64,000 nucleotides of DNA from Octopus sinensis (GCF_006345805.1 NC_043008.1:44640001-44704000); one strand, 5' to 3'; shown: positions 13,147 to 26,159, numbered from the stretch's first letter. The notes: a model not told the origin generated them from the letters alone. Numbers and translations are program-made.

Positions 13147-14084
13147 TCATTAATAAAGATAAGTGTAGCATAATAAATTAACGCTTAACGTCTTCATTAA
13201 CGCCTCTATGATCTACAATATTTCAATCCCAAAAAACTACAGTTATTGTCCTATGCTATTAACAATATTTACCCGAGTTGTTTTCTTACAACCAAAGTGG
13301 ATTGTGTTTTTCCTGATGTTTCCCTTTCTGTTTATAGGTCTATGATTCTGGCTGAACGACATCCTACAACACTTCCGATCACGTGGCTAAATTAGAACCA
13401 ATAATATATTCAAAATACAATGTTTGTTTTCTTTGATTCGTTTCATAGAAAATTCACTCCTCTCTACAAATTTTGTTCCCAATCTGAATATTAAAATCAT
13501 CTTTACATAACTCTTCATATCATTTGGTCTTCCTTTTCCGATACTCCTTCCCTACTTATGTTTCTGGTATATTTCTCATTGTCATTTTATTCTACTTATA
13601 TATATCTCTTATCATCATTTCATTATCTTTACATTTATTTTGATATTCCCCAGCACGAATTGTTTTCTTTCATCGTATATTTTAGAATCTTCATACATAT
13701 TTCCCCTCCATCCCACATAAAACACATACATTTGCCTTCGTTTCTTTTGTTCTCTTCTCTCTTTCTTTCATTACAGCTGATTTATTTTATTTCTCCCCCT
13801 CATACTCTTTATATCCGAGTGTGTGCGCATGTGTATGTATAAGTGTGTGTGTGTCTTGTATTTTATTTTCGTAGGAATTGTTGTCTTTTCATGGTTTCTT
13901 ATATTCCAGCCTTGCAGTTAGCATGTCAAGACGTATTCTTGAAGATAAACCGCTGATTAATGAAACCATAGAAAAATCAGACAAAAATATATATTATGTT
14001 TTCGACAGATATTTCCAGAAGATATTTCATAAAATTTGATACGAACGTAGGTGTTTTTCTAACTCTGCTATTATATTAGTAAGA

Positions 14085-14163
14085 ATGTATGTATCATTGG
14101 CACATACATACATATATACATGTATATATATATATATATACACACACATTTATAGGCCCAACT

Positions 14164-14212
<49 letters not shown>

Positions 14213-14229
14213 ATGTATGTATGTATGTA

Positions 14230-14265
<36 letters not shown>

Positions 14266-14550
14266 TGCATGTATGTATCTATGTATGTATGTATGTATGC
14301 ATGTATGTATCTATGTATGTATCATATATACATATTCATATACTTGTTTATGCATGGTTGTATTCCCTATTCGATAGATACTTCTTGAAAAATATTTAAT
14401 AAAATTTGATACAATATGATTTTTTTCTCATTCATACATTTACAGTATCATGCATGAAGCATAAATATACATGTATATATACATTATACACAAGCACACA
14501 CACACACACACACATATATATACATATATATACACACACACATACATATA

Positions 14551-14589
<39 letters not shown>

Positions 14590-15124
14590 TGTACGTACAT
14601 AAATAACATTCGTATGAATTATATATATATACGTACGCACATATATGCACATATGTATTCATTTCTTCTCTTAACTGTCACATTAAGGAGTTGTTTTTTT
14701 CCTTCGCTGTCCTTCTTATTTTTCTTATATCCTTAATGAAGTCTTAGAATGCTTGCAAAATGTCATTATTACGAGAATAACATGTCATTACATGTTCTGA
14801 ACAAACTACAAATATAAATTTACAAAGATGGGGCGTCGTTGTGTTTGTTTTCTTTGTGTGTACGGTTGTTTTTTTTGTTTGTTTTTTTTTTCAAAATATT
14901 TACAGTTAGAGAAATATCATAGGAACTAACCATTTCATGTTGGGGGAAAAAAGTAACGGAGAAATAAGTAGGATATGTAATCTTAAGGATCAGAAGCCCG
15001 ATTAAATATCGAGTAATTTTCATTTGGCCTCTTGAAAAAGGAAATCTCCAAACTGAGACTTCTATACGTAGAATTCTTTTCACGTATTTCTAGACAAAAT
15101 GACATATATATATACATACATACC

Positions 15125-15186
<62 letters not shown>

Positions 15187-15406
15187 TGTGAGTGTGTATG
15201 TATGTATGTATGCATATATATATTTACATAGATATACATATATGTAAATATATATGCATATATATATATACATATATATATATACTTATGCATATATATA
15301 TATATATATATACACGTCTATATGTATGTATGTTTGTATGTAGTGTATGTATGTATGTCTTACGTATGTATGTATGTATTGTATGTATGTATTGTATGTA
15401 TGTATG

Positions 15407-15440
<34 letters not shown>

Positions 15441-15480
15441 TGTATGTATGTATGTATGTATGTATGTATGTATGTATGTG
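14085..15480. repeat. Cluster of (TA)n, (TG)n and (TATG)n microsatellites
   Basis: Tracts visible at about 14100-14330, 14490-14590 and 15100-15480. Confidence 0.9.
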
Positions 15481-15679
15481 AGTGTACTTCTAAGAATATG
15501 TCATAAAGAGATCGGCAATTGATCTACTGATATGAATCATCTGATTTTTGTTTATTTTTTTTTTGCAAGAGAAATGAAATTCGAAATCTCCTTTGAAAAA
15601 CACCGTTACAAATTCTGATTTTGTCTAAACCTGACAAGCAAATTAGCAGTGTCGGTAGATCATCAGATGTAATGCCATC

Positions 15680-15735
<56 letters not shown>

Positions 15736-16109
15736 CACTGCGTCAGAAATTAATTAGCACTTCTCAAATTTCTACATTAATAGGTTAAATCAATTAACCT
15801 ATGAGCTGTTCAAAACGTCTTACGCGATGAGAAAACTTAGTATGGTGTGATTTCGGTCCTTGCGAGGCGCTACCTATATCTATTAACAAAGGAAGATTTG
15901 TCTGCATCCGCACTCCAAGTTGTTGCACTGCTATGTCAACATCATAAGGCTGTAGACTCTCAAACTGCTCTGCAAACAAAGTTACGTCATCCTTCTGCGC
16001 AACAGTGAACTCGCAACAAAGCAATAGTTCGAGATATGGCCACTAGGTGACAGCACATACCTTGAGTGAAGAGCAAATCAAGGGTGCTAATTAATTTCTA
16101 ACGGTAGTG
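15736..16109. mobile_element. Tc1/mariner-type MITE, copy 1
   Basis: TIRs cactgcgtcagaaattaattagcac / gtgctaattaatttctaacggtagtg, embedded in (TA)n. Confidence 0.8.
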
Positions 16110-16116
16110 TATATAT

Positions 16117-16157
<41 letters not shown>

Positions 16158-16160
<3 letters not shown>

Positions 16161-16531
16161 TTGCGTCAGAAATTAATTAGCACTTCTCAAATTTCTACAT
16201 TAAATAGGTTAAATCAATTAACCTATGAGCTGTTCAAAACGTCTTACGCGATGAGAAAACTTAGTATGGTGTGATTTCGGTCCTTGCGAGGCGCTACCTA
16301 TATCTATTAAACAAAGGAAGATTTGTCTGCATCCGCACTCCAAGTTGTTGCACTGCTATGTCAACATAATAAGGCTGTAGACTCTCAAACTGCTCTGCAA
16401 ACAAAGTTACGTCATCCTTCTGCGCAACAGTGAACTCGCAACAAAGCAATAGTTCGAGATATGGCCACTAGGTGACAGCACATACCTTGAGTGAAGAGCA
16501 AATCAAGGGTGCTAATTAATTTCTAACGGTA

Positions 16532-16534
<3 letters not shown>
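16158..16534. mobile_element. Tc1/mariner-type MITE, copy 2 (tandem duplicate)
   Basis: Identical to copy 1 except three 1-bp homopolymer insertions and one substitution. Confidence 0.75.
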
Positions 16535-16567
<33 letters not shown>

Positions 16568-16639
16568 TCCGTCTCTATGTATTCTGACTTCAAATCCAGT
16601 GAGAAACTCTTAAATAAGCAGTTACATACAGGGGACAAT

Positions 16640-17058
16640 TTATTTCTATTCTAGGCACAAGACCCGAAATTTGTGGGGAGGGGGACTAGTCAATTAGATT
16701 GACCAAACAGATTAAGTCCATCATGTTGCCCCCAGTGCGTAAATGGTACTTAATTTATCGACCCCGAAAGGATGAAAGGCAAAGTCGTCCTTGGTGGAAT
16801 TTGAATTCAGAACGTACAGATAGACGAAATACCTATTTATTTACTGCCCATAAGTGGCTAAACACAGAGGAGACAAACAAGGATAGACGGATTAAGTCGA
16901 TTATATCGACTCCAGTGCGTAACTGGTACTTATTTAATCGACCCCGAAAGGATTAAAGGCAAAGTCGACCTCGGCGGAATTTGAACTCAGAACGTAACGG
17001 CAGATGAAGTACCACTAAGCATCTCGCCCGGAGTGCTAACGTTTCTGCCAGCTCGCTC
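16640..17058 (-). mobile_element. SINE family A with internal head-to-tail duplication
   Basis: Two B-box/core/tail units, period ~180 bp, junction at ~16833. Confidence 0.88.
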
Positions 17059-17774
17059 CTTTCTCTCCCCCGCTTCCTCTCTCTCCTTTTTCATTATCAC
17101 TTACGTTGCCTCGTGGGAACTGTCTTCGACAACCGCTAGACTCAGACTGAGTTAAGTTCACGTCTGCCACTAAACCTTATATTTAAGGTTGTCTGTGACC
17201 AACATCTTGGAAAAAGCAGTACATTAAGTGAACACAGATTACAGTACATTTACCATATTACTCGGAAGAATGCCAGGGATACAACAAAGAATTGTTTTGA
17301 ATGTTTTGATTGTGAGCCATACGTTTATTGTCTGCCAATGTCTCGACTTTGATATGGCCGTGACCTCAGCTTTATTGTTCATTATTTCATTTTCTGATAC
17401 TTACCGTCCCACTTTCATATAATTTTTTTATCTTTATCTTGTTTTCACATTGTAAAAAATTCCGATTGTGTTTCTACTGCAAGTGTTTGCAGGGAACGCC
17501 AGGTAAGGTTATGACCATAGCCTCATCCACGCGGTTCATTTTATTTTCTTTTGCATTGATATTTATCGAATATCTTTTATCAGTGTTTGTTATATCTCTA
17601 TGTTCTTTTTTATATTAACATTCTTTACTACTGCCAATTTATTTGTTAAAAAGAACCTTATCAAAACCTGCCAGTACATAACCCCAATATAAAAATTTTA
17701 ATAGACTCATTAGTAACTTTTGACCCCATAACCTTTAAAAACAGTATTGACTTTAAATCCTAAACAAGTCATGA

Positions 17775-18330
17775 TTCTTGTCATCCTCATTCAGTCCTTC
17801 ACCGTCATTTTCCTCAAGTACCTGGAATTCATCAGCTTCCTCGTATTCATAGGGGTCGTCGTTGTTTTCAGAATCAGATGTGTCGTTATTAAAAAAAAAA
17901 AAAATCTTCTGCGCCATCTAGGGTGTTACTGATACCCATGGTCTTGAAACCCTTCATAATTGGCCCGGTTCTTACTGCTATCCACGAATTTTTCACCCAA
18001 TGAGATACATAGGCCTCTTCATACGGCCTGTTGGTATCAGTTCATGTTGTGGGTCCTGCATCCGGTTGGCCTACTCCTCACTCATGTGTCCCTTGAAAGG
18101 CTTGTTTATTGAAATATCAAGGGGTTGTAACTGGGAAGTCAATCCACCAGGTATGACAGCCATTTCAGTTTTTAAGTTCTTTTCCGTCCTTACTGTACTC
18201 TCTGTTGTGTATGCACGTAATCGGTCCCAGACAAGAATGGATGATGTTTGCGTAAAACACCTGGACACTTTGACCATACTTTATTTAACCATAACTTTAT
18301 GCCATTTTCGTCCATCCATCCCTTAATAAT
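17775..18330 (-). pseudogene. pogo/Tigger DDE transposase remnant
   Basis: ORF 18071..18277: ILVWDRLRAYTT...MAVIPGGLTSQLQPLDISINKPFK (DDE_1 IPGG..QPLD..NKPFK motif), followed by a decayed acidic tail (DSENNDDPYEYEEADEF). Confidence 0.88.
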
Positions 18331-19876
18331 AAAGAAAACAGGACATTGACGTTGCCTTGGCGGAGGTTTGCGCTCGCTGAGTGTCCTTGATGATGTTTAT
18401 TTCCTTTTGAAATTGTATTTATCTTTCACATTTTTTAATTAGGTATAATTTCTCTATTAATTACATAACGACTTCAGTTCGATTATTTTTGTACTTAAGC
18501 CGTCGGAAGAGCTGTAGAGAACAATCAGATAATTTTGAAATATTTAGAACTTCTTCCGTTTATCTGTATAATGTGTGTACATGTATGTGTGTAGTGTATG
18601 TTCGTATAAATATACGCATATGCACGTATGTTTTATAAATTTCGTCGAATAATTTAGGAAATTTTAAAGGTCTATTGTACCTCACACTAGGCTTTCGGCA
18701 ATTTTTCAGTGATGAATTACCTATCAATAATTTCTTTTCTATCACACAATCATGGTTATGCTCTTTCTTAACAAGCAATCTAGTTATTCTTTCAGCGATT
18801 CCTTTAACATATTCGGAAAGATTCGCAGGTGCGCTCACATATCTAATCAGTAATATTGTCACTTGGAATACAATAGACGTACTGTGTTGCAATTACTGTT
18901 TCCAGTTGTCGTGGGATCTGTTCTTTTACATATGATATAATGCCAAGCATGTGAGTGGTCGTTAAAATTATTTCTATATACACCGTTTCTGATATTAACG
19001 ACAGAATTTTCGTTGCTGGTATAAGGTACATCGTATCCACGCTCTATCAGTGTTTCGATGAGTTTATGCAATTACGAGAACACACTTAATATATGTGTAG
19101 GTCTCCGATTTTATTTTCTACTATCACCGTTAAAAAATAACGTGTCCAACAACTCTGAAAATTGAATTGCACATTTCAGAAGGAATTATGCAGGAAACAG
19201 ATGTTTATTCAGTTTTATAAGAATTATCCAAAAAATACTATTTAATTTATTTTATAATTTTGTTTTAAATTTCATTACATAATTAAGGATTTTAAATAAA
19301 TCTATTCATGAAAGAACGATTTAAGAAGCAATGGAAAACACTTTCATTGAGGATTTTTCTCTTTTATTTCAACTTGGTACACATTGACGTTGGAAATAAA
19401 TTGTACTGAGTAAAATTATTTACTTTGTTTCGTCCAAATTCTATAATTAAATATCTCGCATATGCAAAACAAACAATGAAATAATTCAAATTAATATTAA
19501 GAATACCACATACCCTTAATATATATTACCCTTAGAAGTTATAATTTATACTTACCAATAACTAATAGAAACATTACATTTATTAAATGGAAACTCAACA
19601 ATTATACTTGTAATTATTTATTATTATAAAACTTTCGAATGATTAAAGCTAAATTAAAACATTTAAAAGATAATAAAACTACGAAGTATTAACAGGGACA
19701 AGTTTTTTCAAACCAAGTCGTTTCGATTAATGTGCTTGTATTGGGCGAGTCTTCTATCCGATACAAATACTCGTATTTCACTCATCAGAAGTACAAATAA
19801 ATCGATTACAATAGTTTAAAAATTGAGAATGCTTAAAATATCCTCTACTTAGAACTTGATGTCATATCGAGCAATG

Positions 19877-19930
<54 letters not shown>

Positions 19931-19941
19931 GTATGTATATA

Positions 19942-20318
19942 TCTCTCTATATATAAACGGCATAATGTCTGTCTCTGTATGCGTGTGCGCGTCCTTTATA
20001 TAAATCCACACTTTTTCAGTTAGAGGGCTCACACTTTCTATGGTCATTCAAAACCGTCCAAGAGTGGTCGTACACATATTTACATTTCCCCAGCAACCTC
20101 GCAAAGCCATTATAAAAATCAATAGAAGTGACTTTTTGTGAATTTTCTAGCCAAAACCCAATCAAAATGCCCGAAACTTGATACGCCAATTGAACGCCAG
20201 CTAGCTGTATGTGATTGGTCGGAGATTTGGACAGTACTCGCGTGTAAGTGCGCACGCACGCAGCTGTATATGCATGCACTAGCACTATGATCCGGCGCTG
20301 CCGGGTCATAGTGCTAGT
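19942..20318 (+). mobile_element. Non-autonomous Helitron
   Basis: 5' TCTCTCTATATATAAAC; 3' hairpin actagcactatgatccggc-gct-gccgggtcatagtgctagt ending in CTAGT. Confidence 0.7.
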
Positions 20319-20689
20319 ATATGTATATATCAGGAAGTGTATGTGTGTATAAATGTATATGCATATTGTTAGAGACACATAGAGAGGAGACACATTGATA
20401 AATAGTACATATTGATGAGGAAATGATGCGAAACAAAGCATGATGTTGACGTACGTGATGGATATAGTCTAAGGCTATATGTACGAGAGTAGTGTGCATG
20501 CATGTAGTATAGTTTTTTTTTCGTAGAGTGATGATGTGTATTAAATTAAGCCACAAGTCATTTAGAGTGGACCGCCACATAGATTGGGAGACGAATGTGA
20601 TGATGATTATTGTTTTGAATTTAATGGCTTACATATGCCGGTGCAGATAATACAAGAGAGATAATTAAAGTGTCAAAGTCAGCTGTTTC

Positions 20690-21085
20690 TCACAGAAATG
20701 CGACGTGAATAAATGAGATCAGGTTGCAGAAAGCTCGAATAATGGGAGGAATTATTCAATGAACATAAACATTCTACCATAGACAATGGTCACTTAGAAA
20801 GAGACATTTCAATTTTATAGAAACAGATAGAGAAAGGGAACAAAACCAAAGTTATATATAAGTATCATTTATGAATGTATTCTACCATGAGGGAAGACAA
20901 AATGGTGAAGGAAGCGAAATCTATGATAAAAGAATTGAATATATTTATTGGCGTCTTTTGTCTGGGCGCAGAGTTTCGCCATTTCAGGAACGTGGTAATT
21001 GCAAAAGCGAAACGTTTCACAGAAAAACTAAAGGGTTCTGTCATGCTAAACGATCTTCAAAAGAGAATCGAAATTACAACCTAGT
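20690..21085 (+). mobile_element. Decayed RTE-like LINE fragment (endonuclease-RT linker)
   Basis: WEELFNE...DISIL*KQIEK...GAEFRHFRNVV...SVMLNDLQKRIE weakly resembles RTE/BovB W.E.FN...NYRTI...SKVML.ILQ.RL. Confidence 0.4.
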
Positions 21086-21123
21086 AGTGGTTCTGCAGGC
21101 ACCTAAACTCTTCGTCTCCCTCT

Positions 21124-21171
<48 letters not shown>

Positions 21172-21189
21172 GTATAAACATATATAACT

Positions 21190-21490
21190 TTCTTTTAGTT
21201 TCAACCCAGAGCTGCGGCCATGCTGATGCACCGCCATTTTGCTACACTGCTATTACTAAAATCTTCCTCTAATATGTGGCACTTGGTGAAGAATGGAGTT
21301 TGATATAGCTACCCTCATTTGCACCTCTTGCCGTGAGGTAGGTTCATCTGGGACTCTCGACAGGAAGAGGTCCAGCTTTGATTTAAAAACACCTACATCT
21401 ACTTTGTGAAAGTTCCTCAGACTCTTTTGGAGAATATTAAAAAGCTGTGGGCCCTTGAAACCCAGGCATCCCACTTTTTTCATTCAATTG
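21190..21490 (-). mobile_element. CR1/L2-group LINE 3' end including 3' UTR
   Basis: ORF 21256..21483: GFKGPQLFNILQKSLRN...FKSKLDLFLSRVPDEP...SNSILHQ, then tail ggcggtgcatcagcatggccgcagctctgggttgaaactaaaaga. Confidence 0.85.
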
Positions 21491-21862
21491 GAATAAATTT
21501 AATAATTTTCCTTAGACATTTTGAAGAAAATATCATTTCGCAAAACACACAGTTCTTCAGACCTTGTTTCTTAATAATATATTACCACACAACAAAACTA
21601 AGTCTTTGCGATGGTTTACAAATCTTGAAAAATATTTTGATCAAAAACATTAAATAGATTGAAATATGCCTATTAGTTTATCTGTAAATACCTAAGATTA
21701 CAAGCAAACCCTTGTACTGAACCTTTGTTTCTTAACAAATGCCGTCTCAGATATTCCTTAATTGTCAATTCCAAGAAGAGTTATTTTTTTCCCTAATTGG
21801 AGGTGTAATATTAATAGTCTAAAATTTACTGTTGAGGTTAACAAAAGCCTGTAAGCCAAAAA

Positions 21863-21996
21863 ATACGAGATGATGCGGAAAAGTTCCTGGCTTTGGGTAA
21901 AAGAAAACACAGGAGGATCAATTACTTATGATTGTATTCAATATATTCCCCTCTCAGATTCACACACATACTGCAGCGGTCCTTCAGTTTCTCTAA
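21863..21996 (+). mobile_element. Mariner-derived MITE fragment
   Basis: TIR tacgagatgatgcggaaaagttcctggctttgggtaaa. Confidence 0.7.
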
Positions 21997-22119
21997 ATGG
22001 TCTCAGATTGTAAGTCAAAGAGCTTTAATTATAAAATTATTATGAGAAGATTGTTATCAAAACATCGCAATATTTTCGTTTTACATATTTGCGTAAACTT
22101 TATTATTTGTTACAAACTT

Positions 22120-22660
22120 TCACACACAGCCGGCAATTTCGGGGGAGGGGGTATTCGATTACATACGGCTTCAGTTTCTCAACTTGTACATATTTTATGG
22201 AACCCAAGAGGATGAAAGGCAAGGTCGACCACGGCGAAATTTGAACTCACAGCTTAAAGACGGACGTAATAAATTTCAATAAACATTTTACTCGGAATGG
22301 TAAGCTTTCAGTCAGCTCGTCGCCTTATATAAATTTGAATACCGACTTGTGAAAGTGTGAAATATGCATAGCCTATTTCTTTCCTGCCCACAAGGGGCTA
22401 AACACAGAGGGGACAAACAAGGACAGACAAACGGATTACGTCGATTAAATCGACCCCAGTGCGTAACTGGTATTTAATTTATCGACCCCGAAAGGATGAA
22501 AGGCAAGGCCGACCACAGCGAAATTTGAACTCACAGCGTAAAGACGGACGTAATACATTCCAATAAACATTTTACTCGGAATGGTAAGCTTCCAGTCAGC
22601 TCGTCGCCTTACATAAATTTGAATAGCGACTTGTGAAAGTGTGGAATATGCATAGCCGTT
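22120..22660 (-). mobile_element. Two SINE family A segments within a ~170-bp direct duplication
   Basis: 22207-22373 is repeated at 22494-22658, including 45 bp of non-SINE flank. Confidence 0.8.
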
Positions 22661-23199
22661 AAAATGTCAGAACAAGAAAATAACGGTTTGCGGTATTTAT
22701 TTCGACTCCTTACATTCTGAGCTCAAATGCCGATGAGAAAAAAAAGGTGCTTTCATCTTTTCAAGGTCAATGAAATATAGGACCAGTCAAGTTGGGAGTC
22801 GATGAAACTGAATGGCTCCCTTTCCATAAAAATGTTGGTTTGTGCCTAAACCAGAACGCAATGTAAACTGCATGAAATAATGTCGTAAAATAAGTCGAGG
22901 CTATGATAGTTTAACCAAAATCATCAGCCGTTTGAAAAACAATATAGAATAAAAAAATCTTTTACTAAATAGAATCCCACATGTGTCATTCAAAGAATGG
23001 TAAGGGATTCAAAGATAATGGTAAAAGATAAGCTGCACGTTTAAATACATTATGTCATTAGCATCGCTGAAAGACCGTATTCTGTTTCAAGTATGAGCTG
23101 AGGGAAATAATGAAAGCAACTTCCTGAAGAACGGCAGGGCCATTGAGGAAGGCTTGTATAATACGGATATCTGAGAAGCAACACATAATATTTAAATAT

Positions 23200-23307
23200 A
23201 CAATAACAACAACAACACAACAACAACAACATCAACATATAATGATGACGATGACGACGATGATGATAATGATAATATAATAATGATAATGATAATAACA
23301 ATAAAGA

Positions 23308-23363
<56 letters not shown>

Positions 23364-23434
23364 GTGATGATGATGATATTAATAAAAATGATATTAATAA
23401 TAATAATAATAATATTGATAATATAATAATATTG

Positions 23435-23465
<31 letters not shown>

Positions 23466-23668
23466 GGTGATGATGATGATATTAATAAAAAATATTAATA
23501 TTATAATAATAATAATATTGATAATATAATAATAATATTGATAATAATAATAATAATAATATAATAATAATAATAATGGTGATGATGATGATATTAATAA
23601 AAATGATATTAATAATAATAATAATAATATTGATAATAATAATAATATTGATAATAATAATAATAATA

Positions 23669-23699
<31 letters not shown>

Positions 23700-23873
23700 G
23701 GTGATGATGATGATATTAATAAAAATGATATTAATAATAATAATAATAATATTGATAATAATAATAATATTGATAATAATAATAATAATAATAATAATAA
23801 TGGTGATGATGAGGATATTAATAAAAATAATATTAATTATAATAATAATGTTGATGATGATGAGGATGATAAT

Positions 23874-23956
<83 letters not shown>

Positions 23957-24058
23957 CAATAATAATAATAATAATAATGACAATAATAATAATAATAATA
24001 ATCATATTAATAATAATAGTAATAATGTTAATAATAATGATAATAATAATAATAATAA
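23200..24058. repeat. Complex (AAT)n array with higher-order units
   Basis: ggtgatgatga.gatattaataaaa recurs at 23363, 23466, 23578, 23700 and 23802. Confidence 0.92.
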
Positions 24059-25393
24059 GTGTGCCTGTTTTCAAAAGGTAGTATATTCAGCCATAACATG
24101 AGGTATGTGGTATACGGTGTAAACAATGGCCGTTACTTGTTTAAAATAACAAAAGGTTGAATTCTCGTTGTACGTGCATGAGGGATGGTTACATCAGCGG
24201 AATAAGTAGGTCTGTTGATAACCTATTACCGGCACACAACATGAAAGGGGGAACACAATCACACACACGTTCGCACACACCTACTCTCACACTATTGTAC
24301 ACATGGTGAGAGGCACAGAAACGCCCACAGACCACGCGTTTTTCTGACATCCTCTCATCACTCCCCGCTCTCTATATATATGTTTATATCTATCTACATA
24401 CTTATGTCTTGCTTTATTTCAAAATTCGTGTATATATATATATATCTATCTATCTATATCTATATATATATATATATATTCATACATACATATATATATG
24501 TATATGTATGTATATATATTTATATATATGTATATGTATGTATATGTATGTATATATATATTTATATACATGTATGTATATGTATATATGTATATATTAT
24601 ATATATATATATGTATATATATATGTATGTATACATGTAGATATATATAGCTATGTATATACATATAAACATGCGCATGTGCCACATATGTATTTATTTT
24701 AGTAGTTATAAGCGTACGAGTGTATATTCAATGTGCATATATATATATATACATATGTGTGTGTGTGTGGGTGTGTGTGTGTATGCACACACATTGAATA
24801 TACACTCGTACGCACATAAATACTAGCAAACATTCGGACATACATACACCTTCACACACTTATGTATTGTGTGTATGAAAGTATAAGTGTGTGTGTGTGT
24901 GTGTGTGTGTGTGTCTGTTTGTATGTATGCGCGTGTTCAAGTTGTGGAGATGAGTGTACAATTGTGTGTGTGCTGGCATTTTGTGCATGTGTGCATTCAC
25001 GTAAGCATTCGCATATGAAGATCTGACCCTGAGCATATATGTATGTGAGCCTACGCACAATTTTCCTACATTCTTTTTTCTTTTGCTTCAGTTTTATTCC
25101 GATGCACTTTCCATGCTATAATTCGTGTTCATCAAGCTGCTTTAAATGTGGCCCTGTTTTACTTCCTCAATATAAGTCAGGGTTATTCGCATATGTTCAC
25201 TGTAATGGCATTGACGTTCGCTGTCTCTATAGCAAAGCATTATTTTTTTGTCATAAATGCCCATTTTCTAAATCGCATAAAGAGCAACAGCCCGTGCCAG
25301 GATTTGCAATAGCAAATTTATTTTAATAATCCCCGTACACTGCATATAATATATACGCATTTGCGTTTGTGTATGAGTTTACAATTATACGTG

Positions 25394-25440
<47 letters not shown>

Positions 25441-25441
25441 T

Positions 25442-25501
<60 letters not shown>

Positions 25502-26159
25502 TATATATATACATGCTTATGTAAATACCTCTCCCTCCATATGTATATGTATATATATGTCTGTGTGTATGTGTGTGTGTGTAATATTTGTACATAGAGG
25601 GCTTTATTTATGACTAAGCATTTCTAACGGTTGAACTCCAAGTAGATATGCCATAAATATTACGAGCGGAATATTGTGTTTGGAAAGAAAATTCGAAGGC
25701 TGGCCCCTGGGATCCCAATACAGATCTTCTGTAAAAATACTAGAAGGCTGTATAAACACATTCACACACATACATACATAGATACGTATATATAAAATGA
25801 CACAAAGGAATGTGGTGGTAAGTGTTTACTTTAGATTTTCATTTCATATTTCAAAAATTATTCAAACAATGGGTATTTCAAATAAAAGCCGGATCGGTTT
25901 TACCAGCTGATGATTGGAAACTAAAAACTCTGAATGCAGAATGTCGAGGCCTTTCAGCTCAAATGTGTTACAGAATACTCTACATATATACCGTCCTGTA
26001 ATATATCACTAGTGCTGATTCAACAGATGTACGTATGTATGTATAATTATACATGTGTTATGTATATATGTGTGTGTATATATCTATGTATGTATGTCAA
26101 TATTCAGTTTTATTTCGAAATTTCTCGCCGATGGAGAAAGAGCCGGTTTCTAACCTAGA

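Noticed and set aside
16640-17058. CRISPR-like or prokaryotic repeat array
   Set aside because: Repeats are ~180-bp SINE units with no spacers; the sequence is eukaryotic and there are no cas genes.
23394-24081. 226-aa poly-Ile ORF and antisense ORF
   Set aside because: Microsatellite read-through.
25039-25326. Cys-rich 95-aa ORF (FFCHKCPFSKSHK) as a zinc-finger exon
   Set aside because: His spacing does not fit C2H2; the shared cagttttat with 26105 and 26648 is too short to imply homology.
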